Assembly (NCBI GenBank): GCA_965219455.1
Contig: OZ244744.1
Span: 544,001 to 608,000, forward strand
Direction: 5' to 3'
From: Candidatus Latescibacterota bacterium
Lineage (GTDB): Bacteria > Latescibacterota > UBA2968 > GCA-2709665
Length of the DNA: 64,000 nucleotides
The notes under the pieces were generated by a model. The model was not told the origin of the DNA and did no database searches. It worked only from the letters and a program-made list of their open reading frames with translations. Positions within the stretch are counted from its first letter, which is position 1, and each line of letters begins with the position of its first letter. A program made the translations under genes and the position numbers. Below, piece by piece: positions 1-9,994 of the stretch.

Positions 1-659
1 GCATTTCCGGGATGGGCGCGCACAGCGCGGTTGCCCTGGGCCTGACGTACACCTTTTTCTGCGACGCCAAGACCTGGGGGATCACCGCCCTCGCCCACAT
101 CCCCCGGCTGGGAATGGCCATGCGGCCCGAACGACGTCGCCTGCTGGCGCCCGGCGTTCTCCTGGGAGCCCTCGGCGGCGCCCTTTCCGTGATCGCCTTC
201 ATTCTGTACCAGGGTTATTACGGTGTGGGCAGCTACAACTTCGGCGTGGTCAGCTTCAACGGCTCCGGCGACGGCGCCGTGGGAATCTGGCGATATACCG
301 CCGCCCGCATCCAGCAGGGAACCGCCGGCACAAGCTGGGACCGCGTCGGATTCTTCGGCATCGGCGCCGCCTTCACCGGCCTCCTCGTTTTCCTGCGATA
401 CCGCTTCCCGGGATTCCCCATCCATCCCATCGGCTTCACCATTTCCGCGTCCAACGTGCTTAGAAGCAGCGTCACCTCCATTTTCATCGCGTGGCTCACC
501 AAGGCACTTATACTGAGATTCGGCGGCCTCAACAGCTACAGGCGAATGACACCCCTTTTCCTGGGTATGTTCATGGGATATCTCGTCGGCGTGGGTCTGG
601 GGGTCGTCGCTGACGTCATCTGGTTCAACGGAGACGGGCACAAACTGAACGACTGGTAA
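1..659 (+). CDS. C-terminal part of a multi-pass membrane protein (DUF6785/DUF6784-like), truncated by the window start
   Basis: Hydrophobic ORF ending at TAA 657-659 with an RYRFPGFPIHPIGF...WLTKALILRFGG...PLFLGM motif; probably begins upstream of base 1. Confidence 0.6.
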   Translation, partial: ISGMGAHSAVALGLTYTFFCDAKTWGITALAHIPRLGMAMRPERRRLLAPGVLLGALGGALSVIAFILYQGYYGVGSYNFGVVSFNGSGDGAVGIWRYTAARIQQGTAGTSWDRVGFFGIGAAFTGLLVFLRYRFPGFPIHPIGFTISASNVLRSSVTSIFIAWLTKALILRFGGLNSYRRMTPLFLGMFMGYLVGVGLGVVADVIWFNGDGHKLNDW

Positions 660-774
660 CCACTGCCACAATTCCGATGCGTCGGAAGAAAAACGTGCTT
701 ATCTTCTGTCGGCAACCTCAATCAGCCCGGCGAAGCGATATAGCCGGCATTCTGGAGACCGGAAGGTGAATCCT

Positions 775-2335
775 ATGTCTTTCGACGTCCTCATCCGCAA
801 CGGCCTCGTGGTTGACGGGACCGGTGATCGGGAACCCTTCTTTGCGGATATCGCCATCCGGGGCGACCGGAATCGCCGCCGTGGGTCGTCTGGGGGATAC
901 CCGCGCGGAACGGGAGATCGATGCCCTTGGCCACGTGGTCTGCCCCGGGTTCGTCGACGTCCACGTGCATTGCGAACCCGCCTTGCTGACCGGAAGCGAC
1001 CGGTTTGCGGGCGTCGTACAGGGCATCACCACCCAGCTTCTTGCGCCGGACGGATTCGGATGGGCCCCGCTGCCTCCCGATCTGCGCAGCCAGATGTGGG
1101 AGTACACCCGGTTCGCCGCCGGCGCGGCGGACATCGAACTCACCTGGGAGACCATCGAGGACTACCTGAAGCTCTATCCCGGGAACAGCCCCTGCAACGT
1201 CTACCCGCAGGTGCCCCACTGCGCCGTGCGCCTCAACGTCTGCGGCTGGTCGGCGGGTCCGGCCACCGATTCGCAGATTGACGCCATGGCCGACCTCGTG
1301 CGGCAATGGATGGAAGCGGGCGCCGGCTGCCTCTGCCTGGGCCTGGACTACCAGCCCAGCGCCAATTCAGACCTGCACGAACTCGTCGAACTGTGCAAAG
1401 TGGCGGCGTCCTGCGGGGGCATCTACGCGGCGCACATCCGCAACCACATTCTCGGCCGGTCGGAGGCCTGGAAGGAAACCTTTGAGATCTTCCGGCGATC
1501 CGGCATTCCCGTTCACCTCTCACACGAACGGGCAGACGGGGAAGGCGCCGAGCTTCTCGAGATTGCCGAAAGGGAGGACGTCGACCTCAGCTTCGAGTCC
1601 TACCTCTACCCTGCCGGTATGTCGCACATGACCATCATGCTACCCGTCGAAGACCAGGTCGGCGCCCCTTCCGACGTGCTGGAACACCTGACGGATCCCG
1701 CGGTGAAGCAGCGAATCCTGCCCCATCTCCGGGGCTGGCTGGGCGCCTGCAATCAGGTGGTCGGCCACACCCGCTCGGGGCGCTACGTCGGCGCCACCCT
1801 CTCGGACCTGGCCGCCCGCGCAGGTGTCGCTCCGGAGGACTTCGCCTACGATCTCATCCTCGAGGAAGAGGGCCTGTCCACCTACGTCTTCCCGTGGCAG
1901 GACGCACCCGAAATTAACGAAACCACCATAAAAAACACCGTCACGCACCCACGAATGATGCTCGCGAGCGACGGCATCTACAACGTGCGCCATCCACACC
2001 CCCGGGGCTTCGGCTGTTTCGCACGCGTACCCGGCGTATTCGTCCGCGAAAAGAAATGGGTCTCTCTCGCGGCAGCCATCCATAAAATGAGCGGTTTCCC
2101 CGCCCGGCGGTTCGGCCTGTCCGACCGGGGCGAAATCGCCGCCGGTAAAGCCGCCGACATCGTGATCTTCGATCCACAGACCATAAACGCGACTGCCACG
2201 TTCGAGAACCCCAGAGGGGGCCCCGTGGGTATCCAATGTGTACTGGTCAACGGGAAGCCGGCGGTGGAGGGCGGCGCCCCAACCGGCGCGCTGCCGGGCC
2301 GTGTACTGCGTCGCAACGCATCGTCGTCGGGCTGA
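775..2335 (+). pseudogene. N-acyl-D-amino-acid deacylase family amidohydrolase with a +1 frameshift at ~871 (real or sequencing error)
   Basis: ATG 775 gives MSFDVLIRNGLVVDGTG...DIAIRGDR; after an extra A at 871 the next frame continues IAAVG...PGFVDVHVH, YAAHIR, ASDG..HPR.FG, ADIVIFDP. Confidence 0.8.
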
Positions 2336-2455
2336 TACGAGCCCAGTGTCCCGTCCCTGAAATGGATTGCCGGCAAAGCCCTCGGTCCGCCGGTCGTTAT
2401 CGCTATGTGCGTCGCAGGCTTTGTGGAACCTTCCGATTCGAAAGGACGCCCCGCC

Positions 2456-5400
2456 ATGCTCATATTTGCTGCTGTCTTCGTCCTGATTCTTCTCGCACTC
2501 CGGCCGAACCCCGCAAAGGCCGGCCCGGTCTTTCCACCGGCCCTGGACGATTCCGACGCGGACCGGCTGCGTCGAAATCTCCGACCGGTTCTTTCACTAT
2601 CGGAAAGTGAAATTCTGCGCCTCATTCCTGACCGCGCGGGCATCTACTTTGTGGACTGTCCCAACTGCGACGGCGGGGCCCAGGAGGGCCAGATCGATTG
2701 GGCAATCGAAGACCCGGACCGTGTCTTCTGCAAATTCTGCGGCCTCAGGTATCCCAACGAGAAATTCCCGGACACCCGGACCCTGAACGTCGTCAACCCC
2801 GTGGGTGAGACCCAGGAATATCCTTACTGGGAGGACGAATCCGGGTACAGGCATTTCTTTCAGGCCAAGGGCTGGTACCGGGCGCGGGCCTATTTCGCCA
2901 GCGCCGCGCACGACCTTGCCGCGCTCTATTCCGCGACCGGAGACCGATCTTTCGCCCGTCGGGCGGCCCTCATTCTGAACCGCTTCGCCGAAGTCTATCC
3001 GGGGTACTGCGTCCACCACGACCTGCCCTTCCGCCAGAAAATCATCTTCCCGGGCGACCAGGGGTTTCCCTATCCGGTTCAGGACTACCGCGCCTCCAAG
3101 TGGGACTGGTGGGCATACATGGACATTCCGGAGACACTGATCTACGCTTACGACCTCATCCGGGACAGCGGGGAACTGGACGAGACGATGATTCGGGGAA
3201 TCGAAGACGAATTCTTCCACGCGAGTGTGGCCTTCATACGGGGTTTTCCGCCGGCGCTCGGCAACATGGATCCCACGCTGCTGCGCGGCCTTGTCGCGGC
3301 AGGAAGGGTCCTGAATGAACCGGATTATATCCACGACGCGGTGGACCGTGTTGCCAGACTTGTCGCCGCTAACTTTTTCGTGGACGGCACATGGCGAGAG
3401 GCCGCGGTGTCCTATCACAATCAGACCATCGGCGGGCTGCAGCAGGTGATGGCGAGACTGAACGGTTACAGCGACCCGGACGGATACGTGCATCCCGTTG
3501 ACGGCGAACGTTATGACAATCTGGATCTGAACGCCCGTTTTCCCATATTGGAAAAGGCCAGCGGCATCCCGGAGCTTCTCCGCTATCCCAACGGACGTGT
3601 CGTTCCTACCCACGACACCTGGGCGAGGGGACAACGCGCCGCCCCGGAAACGTCGGGCCCCATGCTCCTTCCGGGCATGGGCCACGCCCGCCTGAATATG
3701 GGAAGGGGCGACGACCAGACCCAGACGTACCTCCATTTCTCCGGCGGATACGGCCACCAGCATGCCGATTTATTAAGCCTGACCCTCTACGCGCGCGGCC
3801 AGGAGCGCCTCAGCGACATCGGCTACACCCACACGCGCCACCGGTGCTGGACGATCAGCACGCTTTCGCACAACACGGTTGCCGTGGACGGCAAAGACCA
3901 GGCATTCGGCTCTGAAGATACACCCTCTGACGGCAACCTCCTGCTGTTCGTCCCGCACGGCGACACGTTTCAGGCCATCGAAGCCTCAGGCGACCGCGCC
4001 TATCCGGGCAGCACCTCGACCTACCGGCGGTTAATTATCCAGATCGGCCTCTCGTCCGAACAGACCTACGTGGTGGATCTGTTCAGGGTTGCGGGCGGCC
4101 ACCGCCACGAATACATCCTGGCGGGCGACGCGGACCACGAGGGCACCGTGGAAATCGACCTTCCCGCCGAGCCCCATGGGAAAACGCTGCTCCCGCCGGG
4201 CGTGACCGCCACCCTGCCGACAGGGGAAAGCGTCAAGGGTGACGCCGGGGGCCACAACCTGGGATATGCGTTCATCCGCGACGTGCAGCGCGCCGAAGTC
4301 ACCCGGCCGTGGAGCGCGACATTCACCAGCATGGCCGAGCCCGCGGGTTCGGTCCGCGTACACAGCCTGACCCACCCCGACGGAGACCTTTTCACCGCCC
4401 GGGCGCCCTCCATCCGCAATGCGGATGAGGACGACATCCGCCTCGACGGAATCACCATGCCGATGCTCGTCCATCGCCGCGAGGGAGAGAACCTCTCCAC
4501 CCTCTTCAGCACCGTCCTGGAACCCCAGGGTGACGGTCCCGCCATCGGCAGCGTGGAACGTCTGGACGTGGAAGGCGGTACGGACACGGATATCGCGCTC
4601 AGGATCGTCTCGGGCGACGTCACCGACCACGTCCTTTCCTCGATAGACGAAAACCGGACGCTCAAGACGGGAGACCTCAGCTTCCGCGGCCGCGTCGGCT
4701 TTGTCAGGGAGCGAAACGGCGAGGTCGAACAGATGATCCTGATCGGGGGCACGCTGCTCGAAAAAGGAAACCGAAAACTCGGCGGCCGGGGCACGCGCGC
4801 CGGCACCGTCCTCAAAACCAGGCGCAAGGCCGCGGGAGACGACGTCGACGGACTCCTCATCGATACCGATCTTCCAACCGGCGTGGACCTCGTGGGCCTT
4901 ACGGCCATTGTTTCGGACGGTGACGGATTCACGTACGGCCACAAAATCACAGGCATACAACACCCGGAAGACGGCGGCGCCTTGCTGGTACTTGAGGATG
5001 ACCCCGGGTATGAAATCACCGCTGAAGGCGGACGACTCCTGTTCTTTCCCGGACGCTCATGGACCGGCCCGGCGACCGTCGAAATCCCCACCGTGACCAG
5101 CCTGCGCATCAACACGTCCGACGTCAACGCCACCAGGACCGGCGACTGGATCAACCTGGTTTACAACGCGCCGTTCACGCCGCGCGACACGTCGGAAGAC
5201 GTGGTGTTTCAGGACAGACTCTGGATCAGCAACGCCTACTACCACTCTGGTATCCTCACCAGGGACCTCTGGAATTCATCCGACGGCATCAGTTGGCATC
5301 TCGTGAGCGAAGCCACACCGTATGACGGCTATAGCGAAATGGTGGCCTACAAGGACCGGATCTGGGCCGTAAAGGGAAGCGTCTGGAGCTCCCGAAACGG

Positions 5401-6001
5401 CGATGAATGGACCCGAGTACTGGATGAAACCCCCTTCGGCTCACGGGGATACGGCGAACTGGTGGTCCACCGCGACCGGATGTGGCAGCTTGGCAGCGGC
5501 AGCGACGTCTGGCACACCGGCGACGGCATCGCATGGACGCGGGCGACTGCCAACGCTCCGTACGGAGACCGGTCCGCGACCGCCGTGGCCGTGTACGACG
5601 ACAGGCTCTGGGTGATGGGGGGCCGCATGGTCCAACGCAACGACCCGCCCGAAAAGGGCTACTCCGACTTCACAACCCTCAATGACGTCTGGTGCTCGGA
5701 GGACGGCGTCAACTGGACCCGCGTACTCGAACGCGCCCCCTGGTCGCCGCGGATGTGGTTTATTTCGAAAGTCTACGCGGGTAGACTCTGGATCATCGGC
5801 GGGTACGACAACGCAAACTACGTCAACCTGGGGGACGTCTGGTACACCGAAAACGGACGGGAGTGGCACGAATTCAGACCCGATACCCGGTTTTCGCCTC
5901 GCCACGAATCCTCATGCTACGTGTTCCGGAACAGCCTCTGGGTTGTCGCGGGCAATACGTGGCCGCTGGTGAACGACGTCTGGCGGCTGACGTTGCCCTG
6001 A
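2456..6001 (+). CDS. Secreted heparinase II/III-like (polysaccharide lyase) protein with C-terminal Kelch-like beta-propeller repeats
   Basis: Signal-peptide-like N-terminus; HQHADLL, DIGY and SHNTVAVDG motifs; C-terminal repeats such as RLWVMGG, DVWCSEDGVNW, RLWIIGG. Confidence 0.7.
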   Translation: MLIFAAVFVLILLALRPNPAKAGPVFPPALDDSDADRLRRNLRPVLSLSESEILRLIPDRAGIYFVDCPNCDGGAQEGQIDWAIEDPDRVFCKFCGLRYPNEKFPDTRTLNVVNPVGETQEYPYWEDESGYRHFFQAKGWYRARAYFASAAHDLAALYSATGDRSFARRAALILNRFAEVYPGYCVHHDLPFRQKIIFPGDQGFPYPVQDYRASKWDWWAYMDIPETLIYAYDLIRDSGELDETMIRGIEDEFFHASVAFIRGFPPALGNMDPTLLRGLVAAGRVLNEPDYIHDAVDRVARLVAANFFVDGTWREAAVSYHNQTIGGLQQVMARLNGYSDPDGYVHPVDGERYDNLDLNARFPILEKASGIPELLRYPNGRVVPTHDTWARGQRAAPETSGPMLLPGMGHARLNMGRGDDQTQTYLHFSGGYGHQHADLLSLTLYARGQERLSDIGYTHTRHRCWTISTLSHNTVAVDGKDQAFGSEDTPSDGNLLLFVPHGDTFQAIEASGDRAYPGSTSTYRRLIIQIGLSSEQTYVVDLFRVAGGHRHEYILAGDADHEGTVEIDLPAEPHGKTLLPPGVTATLPTGESVKGDAGGHNLGYAFIRDVQRAEVTRPWSATFTSMAEPAGSVRVHSLTHPDGDLFTARAPSIRNADEDDIRLDGITMPMLVHRREGENLSTLFSTVLEPQGDGPAIGSVERLDVEGGTDTDIALRIVSGDVTDHVLSSIDENRTLKTGDLSFRGRVGFVRERNGEVEQMILIGGTLLEKGNRKLGGRGTRAGTVLKTRRKAAGDDVDGLLIDTDLPTGVDLVGLTAIVSDGDGFTYGHKITGIQHPEDGGALLVLEDDPGYEITAEGGRLLFFPGRSWTGPATVEIPTVTSLRINTSDVNATRTGDWINLVYNAPFTPRDTSEDVVFQDRLWISNAYYHSGILTRDLWNSSDGISWHLVSEATPYDGYSEMVAYKDRIWAVKGSVWSSRNGDEWTRVLDETPFGSRGYGELVVHRDRMWQLGSGSDVWHTGDGIAWTRATANAPYGDRSATAVAVYDDRLWVMGGRMVQRNDPPEKGYSDFTTLNDVWCSEDGVNWTRVLERAPWSPRMWFISKVYAGRLWIIGGYDNANYVNLGDVWYTENGREWHEFRPDTRFSPRHESSCYVFRNSLWVVAGNTWPLVNDVWRLTLP

Positions 6002-6081
6002 GCCGCGGTCGTTCGCCGCCGAGCCAACGCCCTGCCCGTCTTCGGACGAACAGAACTGAACGGACACACGCCGCCTCCATC

Positions 6082-6516
6082 ATGTCTCGCGTCAAACTCC
6101 GACTTCCCGGGACCTTTGCGTATGCCACCGATATCCGGCTTCGTGTCTCCGACATCAATTACGGCGGTCACATGGACAACAACGCCGTCCTGTCTCTCGT
6201 CCACGAGGCGCGGGTGCGTTTCCTGGAAAGCCACGGTTTCACTGAAATGGACGTGGACGGGGTCGGCATCATTATGGTCGACGCCGTCATACAGTACAAA
6301 TCCGAAGCCTTTTACGGCCAGACCCTGACCTTTCAGGTCGCGGTCGACGGCCTCAGCCGCATCGGATGTGACATCTTCTACCGCATAACGGACAAGAATA
6401 CGGACCGGGAAGTCGCGCGGGCCAAAACCGGAATCGCCTTTCTGGACGACGCCACCCGGAAGCCGGAGCGGATGCCCGAGAGATTCCGATCCCTGTTTGC
6501 GCCTGACGAATCTTGA
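6082..6516 (+). CDS. Acyl-CoA thioesterase (4HBT/YbgC-like hot-dog fold)
   Basis: RVSDINYGGHMDNN...HEARVRFL motif; ATG at 6082. Confidence 0.85.
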   Translation: MSRVKLRLPGTFAYATDIRLRVSDINYGGHMDNNAVLSLVHEARVRFLESHGFTEMDVDGVGIIMVDAVIQYKSEAFYGQTLTFQVAVDGLSRIGCDIFYRITDKNTDREVARAKTGIAFLDDATRKPERMPERFRSLFAPDES

Positions 6517-6541
6517 CAACCCTATAGCGATTTTATATATT
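6513..6541 (+). promoter_or_regulatory. sigma70-type promoter for tRNA-Leu
   Basis: TTGACA (6513-6518), 17 nt spacer, TATATT (6536-6541), about 48 nt upstream of the tRNA. Confidence 0.65.
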
Positions 6542-6588
6542 TTATCTCCGGTCTGCCTGGCACGACCCCGCAGGCCTCCGGATCAGAC

Positions 6589-6676
6589 GCCGAAGTGGTG
6601 GAATTGGTAGACGCGCTGCGTTCAGGGCGCAGTGAGCCTTGTGCTCGTGGGGGTTCGAGTCCCCCCTTCGGCACCA
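6589..6676 (+). tRNA. tRNA-Leu (anticodon CAG)
   Basis: GCCGAAG/CTTCGGC acceptor stem, D-loop GGAATTGGTAGAC, anticodon arm CTGCG-TTCAGGG-CGCAG, long variable arm, GGTTCGAGTCC T-loop, encoded CCA. Confidence 0.97.
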
Positions 6677-6718
6677 AAAAACAACGGGTTACGTCATTTT
6701 GGCGTAACCCGTTTTTGT
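6677..6718 (+). terminator. Intrinsic terminator after tRNA-Leu
   Basis: AACGGGTTACGTCA-TTT-TGGCGTAACCCGTT hairpin followed by a T run. Confidence 0.8.
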
Positions 6719-6867
6719 GCTTTGGAGACCATTTGTCCCGATGCCCCGCGGTATCTGGACTGCGAGCGCAATCCGCCGCCCGTACCGTCTTCAACGTGGG
6801 CAATTGTCGCCAGAGTTCTCCTCCGGTGTTACCTTCCGCCGTCCTGCGGTGTCTTTTTAGTTAAACC

Positions 6868-8226
6868 ATGGATAGACCGTCCACAGGCGCCCAGTTGGCC
6901 GATGCCGCACGTTCCGGCAATCTCGCCGCGTTCGAGACCCTCGTGGCGCGCCACGGGAACCGCCTCTTCCGCCAGGCGCTGGGATACCTGCACGCCGCCG
7001 AGGACGCACGGGACGCGCTCCAGGATGCATTCCTGACGTCATTCATCCGGCTCGATGCGCTGGAGGATCCTTCCCGTTTCCTGTCATGGGTCAGCCGGAT
7101 ACTTCGCAACATCTGCCTGAACAGGCTGAGGCAGAATCGCCGGCGTCTGGCCTCGATAGAGCCGGGTGGCGGGGCGACGGATCGGGATCAAGACGGTGAC
7201 GCACCGATCATCCGCAACGCGGCATTGCAGGCACTGCTTTCGCGACTGCCACGGAACAGCGTTCAGGCGTTCACGCTGCACTATCTGGACGGGTATTCCA
7301 TCCAGGACATAGCCTCTCTGGTCGGATCGACTCAGGGGGCCGTAAAGCAGCGCCTCTACAGGGCGCGCAAGCAACTTCAGGAGGAGGTCATCCGCATGGC
7401 ACGAGACGAAAGCAGCAGGAACGACCTGCCCGACGGGTTCGTCGAGCAGACCATTGCCCGTCTCCTTGAACAGGGAAGGACGGATCGATTGTACATGAGG
7501 ACGGACGCGGCGCGGGCACGATTCAGCGAAGCTCTTGAAGTATGTCCCGACCATCCCGACGCGATTATGGAACTGGGAACGACCGGCGACCCGATCAGGG
7601 TGCTGTCCGAGGAGGAGACGGCTACCCTGAAACGAGCCGCAAAGGCGCTGCCCAATTCAATAGAGGTCGCGTTGGCGCTCGCCACCGCGCGGCGGGCCGA
7701 CCCGGAAGAACAGGCCGGCGCGGTTGACGACTGCATGGCGTTGTGCGATACCCGGCTCGCGCAGGTCCCCGACGACATCGTCGCGCTTACCGCGAAAGCA
7801 CAGATGTTCCTGTGGAAGCGGGATTTCAAGGCCATGGAAGTGGTTTCCCGGCGCGCGGTCGATCTGGCTCCGAGAGACCAGAAGTGTCTGAACTACCTCG
7901 CATTGTCGCTTGCCCGGCAGAACCGATGGGACCAGGCCTATCCTGTCTATGAGACGATGTACGGACTGGACAAAAAGACCATCTGGGCGTACGTCGCACT
8001 CAGACAGATGGGTTCATATCTGGCATTTCACCTGGGAGATTGGGAACGGGCCGTGGGCATGCAGGAAAAGGTGTGGGATCTCACGGGCAGACCGAACGAA
8101 GCCGGCAACCTTATCTACTTCTACGGCCGCGCCGGGATGGCGCGGAAAGCCAAGGTGCTGTTCAGCAAAGTCCGGGACCACCGTCATCCCGCAAGGGTCT
8201 ACGATATCGTGGGGGACGCAAGTTGA
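6868..8226 (+). CDS. ECF-type sigma-70 factor with a C-terminal TPR-like extension
   Basis: Region 2 (DARDALQDAFL..SWVSRILRN) and region 4 (YLDGYSIQDIASLVGSTQGAVKQRLYRARKQL), then ~270 aa of helical TPR-like repeats. Confidence 0.85.
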   Translation: MDRPSTGAQLADAARSGNLAAFETLVARHGNRLFRQALGYLHAAEDARDALQDAFLTSFIRLDALEDPSRFLSWVSRILRNICLNRLRQNRRRLASIEPGGGATDRDQDGDAPIIRNAALQALLSRLPRNSVQAFTLHYLDGYSIQDIASLVGSTQGAVKQRLYRARKQLQEEVIRMARDESSRNDLPDGFVEQTIARLLEQGRTDRLYMRTDAARARFSEALEVCPDHPDAIMELGTTGDPIRVLSEEETATLKRAAKALPNSIEVALALATARRADPEEQAGAVDDCMALCDTRLAQVPDDIVALTAKAQMFLWKRDFKAMEVVSRRAVDLAPRDQKCLNYLALSLARQNRWDQAYPVYETMYGLDKKTIWAYVALRQMGSYLAFHLGDWERAVGMQEKVWDLTGRPNEAGNLIYFYGRAGMARKAKVLFSKVRDHRHPARVYDIVGDAS

Positions 8227-8267
8227 GTTATCTGCCGCAACCGGACAACCGGAGCATCCGCAATCGA

Positions 8268-9953
8268 TCAGGGTTGTTTCCGGGCGATATCGATGTTGAC
8301 CTCGAACGCGCTTGCGGGCACGGATATGCCCCAGTTCTCCAGAACTTCCGGATGGAATTCTCCGATAATGCCATAGCTCTTCCCGTCCACCCGGATCTCG
8401 CCCGCCCTCCCCGGCAGGAAGGTGGGATGCTCCCACGGCGTGAGGCTGTAATCAAATCCGAGGTAGTAGGCCAGCGCTTCGAGGTGGCTCTGAATCCCCG
8501 ATAGATTGGCTTCGGCGTGGGCTTCCAACGCGGAGAGTCGAATTTCGGTCCGGGTCCCATAGAGGTCGTCCGGCGCAATGACGGAGACCTCGCCCACTTC
8601 GAAGACGTGGTGGGGATAGAGGGCTTTTCGGCTGGCCCCCTCCACCCGGAGCAGCCCGGGCAGCAGGGCGTTGCGAACCGCACTGTAGTTCTCGGACATG
8701 GGGTTGGAGATCTCGACAATCACGGCGTCCGCGGCGCGCATGCGCACCGTCAGGTCAACGCTTGAGGAAAGAATGGGCAGGAAGAGTTCCTGGAATCCGC
8801 AGCCCACCATCAGGCCGCGGATGCGGTCGGCGAGGTCTTCGTCGGGCGCGGATTTGCCCACGGTAAAGTCATGCGGCATTTCGGGCTCGAAATGGTCGAA
8901 GCCCACGGCCACGATGACGTCTTCGATGAGGTCCACGGGATGAAGGACGTCGTCCCGGTATGGCGCCGGCCGCGCCCGGACACGGGTGCGGCCGAGCACG
9001 ATGTCCCGGTACCCCATGGCGGCCAGGGCGCCTTCGACGCTTCCGTTGTCGATGCCGCCGCCGATGACACGCCTCAAGTCGTCCAGCTCGACCTCAACCG
9101 ATTCCGTCATATCCAGAGGGCATTGGATTTCTCGCCCGCGCGGCGTATCGTATGGATAGATCGTGTTTACGGGCAGGATGCGGCCGCCGCGGTCCGCCAT
9201 GTTGGCGGCCATAATGGAAACGGAAAGCAGCACGGCGTCGAGCTCGGTGCCGGTGGCCTCACAGAAGAGAAACGTATCGCCGACCTCCACCTCGCCCGGG
9301 TTCCGGCTGTTGATCACGGGAGGCATGGAGAGGACTTTGCCCATGCTGTCGGTGATGAGCGGATACTTGTCCATGTCTTCGAGTAGATGCGCATACGTTT
9401 CACCGGTGGGGTGCTCGCTCATGATATCCCGAAGCGTCAACTCGGTTTCCATCCCCAGGGGGACAAAGCGGGCGGCGTCCGGATCGGCGGCGGCGTATTG
9501 GATAGGAAAGGCGATGTCGGAAGCGTCGTAAATGCCGATGGCCACGGTGCTTCGACCACGCCCGTATCCCTCCGCCAGTTTTTCCTGGGCTTCGATGAGT
9601 TGCTCGAGGGCCGCTTCGTCCACCGAAATCCCGTCACATGCGAAGGCGGCGACGTAGGGCCGGATACCTTTCAGTGCAGGGTCGACGTACAGTTCGAGTT
9701 CCGCCACGGGATCCTCGAAAAAAGTATAGAACGCGTGCCGGCCGTTCCGATGGCCCTTGAGCAGCCGGGCGACCCCTTCGGACGACCAGAGGTCCGGCCG
9801 GTTGGTATCCTTCAACTGGATCCTCAATCGGGATTCGTCCTCGACTTTAACCTCGGCTTTGACGGCCTCGAGGGCGCGTTCGAGTTCGGGCAGGTCGTAG
9901 GTATGACCGGCGAGTCGCTCGAGGTCTTTTCTGATGACGGTGATGGTGGGCAT
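8268..9953 (-). CDS. pheT: Phenylalanine--tRNA ligase beta subunit, archaeal/eukaryal (short) type
   Basis: 561 aa; NRPDLWSSEGVAR, LSMPPVINS, YRDDVLHPVDLIEDV, GEFHPEVLENW; no N-terminal OB-fold or C-terminal FDX-ACB domain; GAAGGAG RBS. Confidence 0.92.
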   Translation of the reverse strand: MPTITVIRKDLERLAGHTYDLPELERALEAVKAEVKVEDESRLRIQLKDTNRPDLWSSEGVARLLKGHRNGRHAFYTFFEDPVAELELYVDPALKGIRPYVAAFACDGISVDEAALEQLIEAQEKLAEGYGRGRSTVAIGIYDASDIAFPIQYAAADPDAARFVPLGMETELTLRDIMSEHPTGETYAHLLEDMDKYPLITDSMGKVLSMPPVINSRNPGEVEVGDTFLFCEATGTELDAVLLSVSIMAANMADRGGRILPVNTIYPYDTPRGREIQCPLDMTESVEVELDDLRRVIGGGIDNGSVEGALAAMGYRDIVLGRTRVRARPAPYRDDVLHPVDLIEDVIVAVGFDHFEPEMPHDFTVGKSAPDEDLADRIRGLMVGCGFQELFLPILSSSVDLTVRMRAADAVIVEISNPMSENYSAVRNALLPGLLRVEGASRKALYPHHVFEVGEVSVIAPDDLYGTRTEIRLSALEAHAEANLSGIQSHLEALAYYLGFDYSLTPWEHPTFLPGRAGEIRVDGKSYGIIGEFHPEVLENWGISVPASAFEVNIDIARKQP

Positions 9954-9994
9954 GCGTGCTCCTTCATCCGTACGCGGGGGATCCACTTCAGTCG

